DNA of 64,000 bases from Octopus bimaculoides (taxonomy: Eukaryota): assembly GCF_001194135.2 (NCBI RefSeq), contig NC_068982.1, forward strand, positions 133,949,761-134,013,760, in the 5' to 3' direction. The stretch's first letter is position 1. Each line of letters opens with the position of its first letter. Both the position numbers and the translations under genes were made by a program. A model generated the notes under the pieces. That model was given only the letters and a program-made list of their open reading frames with translations, was not told where the DNA came from and searched no databases. Below are positions 54,798 to 64,000 of the stretch, one piece after another.

Positions 54798-54835
<38 letters not shown>
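54465..54835. mobile_element. RTE 3' UTR minus copy fused to a plus-oriented 3' end
   Basis: (CAT)n plus minus copy 54465-54728, then plus-strand terminal piece 54729-54835 ending (ATG)n. Confidence 0.75.
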
Positions 54836-54838
<3 letters not shown>

Positions 54839-55484
54839 ACACACACTCACACACACATACACACACACACACACACACATACACACACACACACACACAC
54901 ATATATATGCACATATAGTAGCTGCTTTCCCGCAAATGAGTAAAGGATTGCTAGAAAGAATCATTGAAATGAGTCATTGATGATGCAATGTGAGGCCCTT
55001 GTATGACTCTTGAACCCAGCCAAAGATTTGCACATTCTATTGCATAATGCACAGCTGTGCTGGTTGGCAGAGGGAACACACACACATATATATATATATA
55101 TGGACATATCATCATTATCATTATTTAACGTCCAATGGGTTGGACAGTTTGAATGGAGGTGGAAAGCTGCACCAGACTCCAGTCTCATTTGACATAGTTT
55201 CTATGACTGGATGCTCTTCCAGATGCCAATCACTTTACATGGTATGGTGCTTTTACATGGTACAGCATATGTGTTTTTTATGTGGTAATGGCATCAGACT
55301 CTTGCAGGTCAATCCTCACCACCAGGGGTTGCTGGTCTTAACACTTCTCCTGCAGGGCATGGGTATTCTTGTGTACAGCAAGGCACCAGGCATCTTGGTC
55401 TTTCATCATCTCACTTGAACGGTCCAGAATCCTGAGGTCGTTCTTCAGCACTTAGTTCTATGTCTTCCTAGGTCTCTCATTTCA

Positions 55485-55522
<38 letters not shown>

Positions 55523-56260
55523 TATAATGTATTTCTGCTTATATAGAAAGAACTGGAATTTACTCAATATGCAGATTGGAAATATTTGCATGGATGCAAA
55601 CTCCATTTTGTCATTAAAAAAAAAAAAAATGTTGCAAGCAACAAAAATATTTTACTAATATAGTTTATGGGGATAGTTTGAAGTCACCACCCAAAGTAAC
55701 ATCTGGTCTGACCCACATATAAGAAATTACAAAGTTTACATTTGATACAATGATATTGGTGGAAGGTATAATCAATGAAATAGTACTGATTCAGAACAAT
55801 TTAAAATCAATAAATATAGCAAATCAATTTAATGTCTGATGTCAACGCATTTATGAAGCAAATTATATTTAAAAACGCACACACACCTACACACTCACAC
55901 ATTCCTAAGAAAGTTTTTTTTTTTTACAAGAAACATTTTCCTTAATGTTAAAACCAGCAAAATAATAGCTTTATATTTGGTCATTTGTTTTACATCTTGT
56001 CTTTCCATCCTAACATGGGTTAGATGAACATATTCAAGCATTGTTTTACAGACAGATAGTCACTAGTCCTTAACTCATTTTCAAAGGGATCTTTTATTCC
56101 ATATATCTTCAAAGGTGTGAAGTGAGCAATTTGTTGACAGAAGTGAGTACAGCAGCATTTGTAGTGACTTTCATGGAGCAGAGATGTAAAGAAGCACACA
56201 TACACACAATATGTGTGTGTGTATTTGTGTGTGTGTGTGTGTGTGTGTGCACGCGCATGC

Positions 56261-56349
56261 GTGTACGAGAGAGAATGTGTGTGCGTGTGTATGAGAGAGA
56301 ATGTGTGTGCGTGTGTACGAGAGAGAATGTGTGTGCGTGTGTACGAGAG
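56261..56349. repeat. 26-bp minisatellite, about 3.4 units
   Basis: gtgtacgagagagaatgtgtgtgcgt repeated at 56261, 56287, 56313 and partially at 56339. Confidence 0.9.
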
Positions 56350-56569
56350 TGTGTGTGTGTGTGTGTGTGTGCATATGTGTGTGTGGGAGAGTGTGTGTTG
56401 AGTGTGTGTGTAAGTTTCCATCTATCAAATTCATTCACAAAGCTTTGGTTGACTCAGGTTTGCTATAGAAGACAGTTGCCCAGGGTGCTGTGCAGTGGGC
56501 CTGAACCTAAATCCATATGATTGGGAAGGAAAGTTCCTAACTACACAACCATATCTGCACCAGGTTCCA

Positions 56570-57125
56570 ATCTGATTTGGCATGGTTTCTATGGCTGGTT
56601 GCCTTTCCTAACGCCAACCACTCAAAGAGTATAATAGGTGCATTTACATGCCACCGGCACGGGTGCCAGCTACGTAGCACCAGCATCAGTCACATTGCTT
56701 CCGTGAGGCCCAGCACTCAAATGGTGCTTATTACATGCTACTGGCATAGTGGGGTCTGTTACATGAGACAAGCATCAGCCACAATTACGATTTCACTTGG
56801 CTTGACAGCATATTACCAAAGGTCTCGGTCATTAGTCATTGCCTTCAAGAGGCTCAATGTTTGAAGATCTTGTTTCACCTCCTCATTCCATGTCTTCCTG
56901 AGTCTACCTCTACCACAGGTTTCTTCCACTGTTAGAGATCAGCATTTCTTTATACAGCAATCCTCATCTATACACATCACATGACCATACCAGCACAGTC
57001 ACCTCTCTTGTACACCACACCTGATGCCTCTTATGCCTAACTTTTCTCTCAAGATGCTTACACTCTGTTGTACATGCACATTGACATTACACATCCAGCA
57101 AAGCATACTAGCTTCATTTCTTTCA
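56570..57125 (-). mobile_element. RTE LINE ORF2 end/3' UTR, decayed
   Basis: Reverse complement of 27036-27371 with stops. Confidence 0.75.
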
Positions 57126-57679
57126 AGCACATGTGTGCATTTTACTAGTTTTATTTACTGAATTTCTTACCAATGAAGAAAGAACTAGTTTCTAGTTTTA
57201 ATGCAAAGCTTTTACATTGCTATATCCACAACATGAACACCATAATCTCGTATGTATACATGCATGTGTGTGTTTATCCTTATAAGCATATGTGCACACA
57301 TAGGTGCAGGCATTGCTATTATTGTGTATACATATCTAATATGCTAAACTTTTTGAACACTTTACACATTCTGACATTGTCTTTGATAGCTTGTAGTTGT
57401 AATCTCTTGCTTAGTTGTGTTCTTTGTTTTGTGAAGCTTAGCTTCTAAAGATTGTTACTGAAGCAGCAGTTATGTAAGCAAATGCTCTAGTAACTTAGGA
57501 TAAAAATCTAAATTTATAGTCTGGATGAAGTAACTGTGGAAGTCTCGTTTTCTTTTTCACCCATCTTTAATATTATTGAGCAACTGATTTGAACTACTCA
57601 ACATTATTTCTTTCCTACATCCTAGATCATGTCTCTGCTGTCACTTTTTCTGTTTCTCCGTCTGTCTGTCTGTCTGTCA

Positions 57680-58160
57680 GTATGTATGTATGTATCTGTG
57701 TGTATGTAAAGCGCGTATATATACATATATGTGTATGTATGATTATGTGCACGTATGTATGTGTATGTATGCATGCATATATGTATGTACATGTGTGTAT
57801 GTATGTACGTGTGTATGTATGTACGTGTGTATATGTGCGTGTGTGTATGTATGTACATATGTGTGTATGCAAAACGCGTATGTATATACGTACGTGTGTA
57901 TCTATATGTATGTATGATTATGTGCACGTATGTATGTACGTGTGTGTGTATCTGTACGTGTGTATGTACGTGTATTTATGTACATGTATATATGTATATA
58001 CATGTGTGTATACAAAACGCGTATTTATGTATATATGTACGTGTATGTACATATATGTGTATGTATGATTATGTCCATGTATGTATGTATGTATGCATGT
58101 ACGTGTATGTACTTATGTATGAACGTACGTACGTATGTACGTGTGTGTATTATGTATATA
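57680..58160. repeat. Higher-order purine-pyrimidine repeat, three units of about 145-175 bp
   Basis: Landmarks aaa(a)cgcgtat at 57708/57871/58014 and gattatgt at 57741/57916/58067. Confidence 0.7.
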
Positions 58161-58319
58161 TGATAGTACGCTCGTGAGTTCAACGTAATCATGCAGATGC
58201 ACGCACACCGGAATTGACAAATAAGTTAGTTGTTGTTCATACAGCGAGCCGAACCTTCCTTAATGGCAAATTTCCTCCAGATTTTTTGTTATTCAGTTCA
58301 AAACAATTTGAAAACTTAC

Positions 58320-58460
58320 AAACAGACCTTTTATTTCTTTCTCTAACAACCTCCTTACTGTTATACTCAGCCAGCTAAGGATGATTATCTCTTCTTATGC
58401 AATATTGCGTTAAATTAAAGATAGGTAGATGAACGCCTTACACACACGCGAATGTGTTCT
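58320..58460 (-). other. Candidate non-coding first exon of the minus-strand gene
   Basis: Donor TTT|GTAAGT at 58320/58319, at the edge of the CpG-rich zone; the 5' boundary is a guess. Confidence 0.25.
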
Positions 58461-59453
58461 ATCTAATGTTCTTCTTATTCTTTAAATTCCTCCAATAAAG
58501 AACGACCAGCCTTTAAGTACGAAAATACACAATTTACACAGAAATTTCGGACAACAGTTTTAATTATGTACGTATGGACATGTGTGTGTATGTTTGTATA
58601 GATGTATACGTATATATGAATGTATAGATATGTGTTTGCGTGTATATAAGCTCTGCTTCGACGATAATAGTTGTATATTTTCATGGGGCATTTCCTGTTC
58701 ACTCTAAACGTCTTACAACAAACACAGGCATACATAAACGTTTCCATGTATATATCACAGACAAAATTACTTTGTTCGCTATAACCATCTGAGTGATTTC
58801 ACAGCTGTGTTTCACTGTGAGACACATTTCTATAAAATGTATGTTACAAAAACTTTCCCACAAGATATTTAAAATCATTGTTATTATTATTAACATTTTT
58901 CGGGTCTTAGAAGGCGACGGTGAGCTGGCATGACTCTAGCACGTCGGATAAAATGCTTAGTGGCATTTGTTTCTGAATTCAAATTCCGCTCTCAAACTTT
59001 CAGGTCTTATGCTTATAGTAGAAAGAATTTTCCACTGTATATGTTAGGAGGATTGAACAAAATTTTTGTCTTTCTACGAAAGAGAAAAAAGGTGGTGGTA
59101 GTGGAGAAGACGGAAACGACAGAAGCTCTTTATCACAAGTACAATTACCAATAGACACTAAAAGAAAAGAACAGAAAGTCTGAAATTTATTTCTTATTCA
59201 TTCTATCAATGTGTGTGCGTGCGTACGTGGGTGTGTCATTTACCATTGACAAAGTAAGACTGTATTATGAAGATGATGGAGGAGGGTAAGAATAGTAAGA
59301 GGATGTATACAAAACACACACACACACATATATATGGGCCAACAACCAATGGGAAAAGCACATGCAGGAGTGGTGGCAGGAAATCCCGTCACCCGGAAGA
59401 AATCAGCCGAAGAATGATACGTAAAAGTACAAAATCGCACTGGCTCTTCAGCT

Positions 59454-59525
59454 GGTTTCATGGTGTAATGGTTAGCACTCTGGGCTTTGAATCCAGCGAC
59501 CGAAGTTCAAATCTAGGTGAGACCT
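59454..59525 (+). tRNA. tRNA-Gln(UUG) gene or pseudogene
   Basis: 72 nt GGTTTCATGGTGTAATGGTTAGCACTCTGGGCTTTGAATCCAGCGACCGAAGTTCAAATCTAGGTGAGACCT; 7-bp acceptor stem, anticodon TTG, A and B boxes; T-stem has 2 mismatches. Confidence 0.8.
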
Positions 59526-59531
59526 ACCTGC

Positions 59532-59548
59532 TTTTTGTTTTTTTTTTA
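59532..59548 (+). terminator. Pol III oligo(dT) terminator after tRNA-Gln
   Basis: TTTTT plus a longer T-run starting 7 nt after the tRNA 3' end. Confidence 0.65.
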
Positions 59549-59696
59549 GGTGCAGGCGTGACTGTGTGGTGAGAAGCTTGCTTTCCAACCACATGGTTCC
59601 GGGTTCAATCCTACTACGTGGCACCTTGGGTGCCTTCTACTATAGCCTCGAGCCTACTAAAGCCTTGTGAGTAGACGGAAATTGAAAGAAGCCCTT

Positions 59697-59700
<4 letters not shown>
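59549..59700 (+). mobile_element. SINE family A, 5' half
   Basis: ggtgcaggcgtgactgtgtgg...ccgggttcaatcc; CpGs retained. Confidence 0.8.
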
Positions 59701-59726
<26 letters not shown>

Positions 59727-59728
<2 letters not shown>

Positions 59729-59993
59729 ATGGCACAGTGGTTAGGGCAGCGGACTCGCGGTCGTAGGATCGCGGTTTCGATTCCCAGACCGGGCATTGTG
59801 AGTTTATTGAGCGAAAATACCTAAAGCTCCACGAGACTCCGGCAGCGGGTGGTGACGAACACTGCTGTACTCTTTCACTACAACTTTCTCTCACTCTTGC
59901 TTCCTGTTTCTGTTGTACCTGTATTTCAAAGGGTCAGCCTTGTCACACTCTGTGTCACGCTGAATCTCCCGGAGAACTACGTTAAGTGCACAC

Positions 59994-59998
<5 letters not shown>
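59727..59998 (+). mobile_element. SINE family C, 3'-truncated at (TA)n
   Basis: Near-identical to 50470-50745 with CpGs intact; related copies at 37076-37390 (+) and 48295-48562 (-). Confidence 0.85.
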
Positions 59999-60071
<73 letters not shown>

Positions 60072-60139
60072 GCACACAAACACATTTATAAAGTCACCAT
60101 CACCGACACAAACAAGAACAGACACGAAGTTAAAAACAA

Positions 60140-60560
60140 AACAAAAAAAAACCCTCATTAAACCGCACCTCCCAACCAATCTAATGAGAAACCCTGAAAG
60201 AAACGTTACGTCTCGAAATACGATGATGATTCTACGGTGGGCCTGACCTAGACTTGGTGAGTGACGTGTCCGAACAGACAAGGGTTGGGCTCCTATTACA
60301 TCAGGTAGTGGGTGTTTGCGTCTGTCAGTATTCGTCTGGCAGTTGATAGACAGAGGAAGATGACCGAATTTTACAAAGGAATTTGCAGTTATTTATTTAT
60401 TTATTATTTTTATTTCTACAACTATGCATATATTTGTTTTATTTTAGAATTTATTTCCACTTTTTTTTTTTATTCTTGTCTACCGGAAGTTATACACGAC
60501 AGAAAATTTGATGAAAGTAAAAGAAAAACAGATCCAACTGCGACAATGATGGTGTCTTAA
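60140..60560. promoter_or_regulatory. Promoter-like CpG-rich segment
   Basis: CCAAT (about 60176), TTACGT/TGACGT CRE-like sites, ETS motif CCGGAAGT at 60483-60490; non-repeat sequence. Confidence 0.3.
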
Positions 60561-60580
60561 CCAGTTGAAAAAAAAAACGA

Positions 60581-61095
60581 TTCTTTTACTTCTTTCATTG
60601 AACTATGGCCATGCTGGGGCACCACCTTGTCCAGTTTAATCGATCAAATTGATCCTAGCACTTTTGGTACTGGATCTTTGTGGTTTTCGTCATTGCATGT
60701 CGAAATCTTTAAAAATTAATTTTTGACGTTGAATCCGAATTTGTTATTTATTTATTAAAAAAAAAAAAAATTTCGAAAATGTTACAGGTGTTCAAAGCTT
60801 GATCATTTTTAGAATTTTCAGCCAATCAGTGACAAAAACCAAAGATCCCTGGTGCTTACTCTGGTGGTCTTTTTTGCCGAACCGCTAAGTTAAGGGGACG
60901 TAAACAAACCAACACCGGCTGCCGTTAAACACTGGTGGTGAACAAAGACACAGACACATACAATATATACGATGGGCTTCCACACAGTTTCCGTCAACCA
61001 AATTCACCTCACAAGGTATTGATAGTAGAAGACACCCGAGGTACCTTGCTGTGGGACTGAACCCGAACTAACGTGGTTGCAAAGCGAGCTGTCTG
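60581..61095 (-). mobile_element. SINE family A interrupted by a MITE-like insert (about 60668-60853)
   Basis: Reverse complement of 35982-36620; insert bounded by imperfect TIRs actggatctttgtggttttcgtcattg / cagtgacaaaaaccaaagatccctggt. Confidence 0.65.
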
Positions 61096-61543
61096 CGCCA
61101 GGGCATAGTTTGTAAACGATTCATTTATATTACTTAAACTCAATACATTGATAATATTCTTTCATTTTCTTATTTGTTTCAGTTACTAAGACTTTGGCCA
61201 TGCTGAAGTACCGCCTTGTATTTTAAAATTTCCACATTAAAAAAAAGTATTCTCTGCTGGAAGTGTTCTGCGTGGTAGAAATATTCGGACGAAGACCAGA
61301 CAGACGCAACTATGGGTGTCATTTAAAAGAGAAGCATTAAGAAAATTATATAAGGCTCCCCCACTGCGGGAGTACTCTTAAAATTCAGGTCACTGCAATT
61401 TTTTTAAAATTATTTTTAGAGAAGGATTCATCAGATATTCAAGCTCCAGTTAGATCGTCGGGACCCAGACCGATATACTGGTTGAACCCTCCAGCATCGA
61501 TGCTACAGAAGTAAAAATAAGTTTTTATTCATCACTGTTATTT

Positions 61544-63451
61544 CCGGGGTTTTCCGAAAATCCGCCCATCCATTAGATCGCCCATGAGCGTTTATTTGGA
61601 TGGGCGGTTATTTGTAGTTAAAAATTGAAACAGCGTTAGTGTTCTTGTTTGCATTCTGTTTAGATGTTCATTTGTTCTACGTCTGTAGATAAATTCAAAG
61701 GATTTTTATTCCCAATAATGGAGTCGAAAGAAAATATATCAAAGCGTATTCAACGATCATTAGTGAAAAATTGAGTGCTGTTAAACGAGTGAAAGAACAT
61801 TCTGGCAATTTATCTGCTGCGTCAAGAGACTTAGGTATTGATAGAAAACGATTGAGAGAATGGTGCACAAAAGAAACTGAGTTAATCAATATGTCTGCAA
61901 GAGGAGGCGCAGATCAATTGGTGGAGGTAGAGGACCAGTACATAACCAGCACATAGAGATCTAGAGATTGAACTCTTACAGTGGATTGTTGTTCAGCGTG
62001 CAAACAATATAATTGTAAATTATCGCCGTTTACGGGAATATGCTTTTGAATTGGTAAAAAGGTTTGGAATTGAAATGAACAGCTTTAGATGTTCTGATAA
62101 ATGGATTTTCAATTTCACGAAACGGAATAAACTGACTGTGAGAAAGATTACACATGTTGGTCAAGCAGACAATGAAACACTTGGAGAAAAGGCACAAATC
62201 GCCAATGACTATCTAGAAAGCATTCCAGTATTAACAGCAGATAAGGGATGCTGACCAGGTTTATAATATGGATGAAACACCTGTATACGTTGACATGTTG
62301 AGTTCAACGACCATAGACTTTGTTGGCAATAAAAATGTAGATGCTAGCCATTGTGGTGCTACCAAAGATCGTTTAACTGCTGTATTGTGTGTTAATGTTG
62401 TAGGAAAGGTGTTGAAAACAATGATTATCCTTAAAGGATTGAAAAACGTGCCTAAAGTCAAGGTCCCAAACAATATTTACTTAACAGTCTTCACAGGGGT
62501 TCAATCACATATGAACTCATGCAGCTGTGGGCTGACAAAGTGTTTGAGCAGAGAACAGCACAAGTATTCCATGCTCAAAATTCAGTGCTATTCATGGATG
62601 AATGCTCAGTGCACAAGAAAACAGAGTTCCTAGAAGTGCTCAAACGTAGGAATACAATTCTTAAGCTTATACTTCCTAAAACATCTTACTTGCAGCCGTT
62701 AGATGTATCAATCATTGGTCCTTTCAAGAAAGCTCTTCGTGCTGAAGGGAGAATTGGTTTTCAAATGGTAAAAAGGAGTATACAAATAAAGGATATCGCA
62801 AAAACCTTCTTATCAAGAGATAGTGAACTTTATGACCCAAGCTGTTGCCACTTTAAATAAAGAAACTATAAAGCGTGCTTTTGAATGTTGTGGAATCGCT
62901 CCTCGTAGACAGACTATGGAACAGCCGCTTAAACTCACGCTTACAGGATATTTTGTCTGGCCTTGAGGTAAATGTGCCAGATACACATAATGACAAAATT
63001 GAAGAAGATGAGATACAAGTAATTAGCTCTGATGAAGAAATTCGTGACATTTAACTTGAAACTATTCGGTTATTATTCTACCATAAATGCCCAAGGACAT
63101 TATTTTTCTCATACTAGGCTTCTATTTATGTTTTCAACAGTTTAATTAAAAATATTTCCTAATAGATCCATTGTTAAATTCAGAATATTTTTTATATGCT
63201 ACTTCTTTTAAGGCTGTTTCAGTTTCTTTTTGTCAATATATCTGATAGCTGAAACGATAGAAGTTCGATGGAATTGCATAAAATAAATATGGTTTTTGAA
63301 AATATCTGTTTTTCCTAGATGAAATATTTTACTTCAATATTACCACTCATGGGCGCTTATTATAGGTAGGCGGTTATTTAAGCCAAAAAAAAATAGTTTT
63401 GTAAAATAGAATTTTCCGTTCAACAGCCCTGGGATTTTCGGAAAACCTCGG
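61544..63451 (+). mobile_element. pogo/Tigger-type (Tc1/mariner superfamily) DNA transposon, full length, frameshifted
   Basis: TIRs CCGGGGTTTTCCGAAAATCC (61544) and GGATTTTCGGAAAACCTCGG (63432-63451), 19/20 match, TA at right flank; encloses transposase fragments. Confidence 0.9.
61718..63054 (+). pseudogene. pogo-like transposase pseudogene (CENP-B-type HTH + DDE_1)
   Basis: Fragments ...EKLSAVKRVKEHSGNLSAASRDLGIDRKRLREW, FRCSDKWIFNFTKRNKLTVRKIT, NMDETPV, LFMDECSVH, SYLQPLDVSIIGPFKKALR; several frameshifts. Confidence 0.9.
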
Positions 63452-63652
63452 TATTATTCTGCTGGTGGATTTGCAAAATCGTTAGAGCGTCGGAAGAATG
63501 CCTTGCGGTATTTAGTTACGGCTCTTTACATTTTAAGCTCAAATTCCGCTGAGGCTAACCTTGTCTTTCATTCCTCCGAGATCGATAAAATAAATATAGT
63601 ATCAGACAAGTATAGGAGTTGATGGTATCGGCTAAACCTCTTCCTCTTAAAA

Positions 63653-63841
63653 GAATCCAGGTAAAATAGTCACAGAAAGAAAATCACAGGCAAAAAAGGT
63701 CACAAGAATTTTGTCCAGATCCCATAAATTAATTGTGAATTTTTTCCCTGTGACTTTATTACTGGCCACCATAAATTAATTGTGACTTTTTTTTCCTAGC
63801 CAAAATTGTGATTTTATTTCTGTGACTTTATTACCAGTCAC
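63653..63841. mobile_element. MITE with 9-bp TSD (Mutator-like)
   Basis: Flanking direct repeat CTCTTAAAA (63644-63652, 63842-63850); imperfect TIRs GGTAAAATAGTCACAG / CTGTGACTTTATTACC; begins with G and ends with C. Confidence 0.65.
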
Positions 63842-64000
63842 CTCTTAAAATTGCTGGCCGTGACGGAAAATGCCTTGTAATATTTAGTTACGGTTCTTTA
63901 TATTCTGAGTTTAAATCTTGAGGTTAAGTTTGCCATTTATCCCACCGGCTTCAATAAAATAAAGTACCATTACGTTCTGGTGTCAATAGTATCGACTATC

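Overview
AT-rich, microsatellite-dense animal genomic DNA from a gapped draft assembly (about 12 N-gaps). The repeat families (RTE LINE ends with (ATG)n tails, several tRNA-headed SINEs) resemble those of octopus/coleoid cephalopods; this is an inference from recognition, not a search. Most of the window appears to be introns of one minus-strand gene. Two clean phase-1/phase-1 Lys/Glu-rich coding exons (10197-10295, 6145-6312) and a possible terminal exon (5780-5964) are visible, but the product is not recognised. The rest is interspersed repeats: RTE, CR1-like and other LINE remnants, at least four SINE families, TTAA-, TA- and 9-bp-TSD MITEs, and mariner and hAT fragments. From about 57.7 kb the DNA becomes visibly CpG-rich and carries a tRNA-Gln(UUG) gene or pseudogene, promoter-like motifs and a full-length frameshifted pogo-type transposon with 20-bp TIRs (61544-63451). 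The most notable non-obvious signals are three unrelated Type I hammerhead-ribozyme motifs of the minimal Penelope type (one with a fully canonical core at 5238-5337), two long hairpins (40019-40180, 51225-51280), a 66-bp stem-loop array in the RTE 3' UTR, and a tandem duplication with an indel-free conserved core. Nearly all ORF-track entries are microsatellite or gap artefacts.
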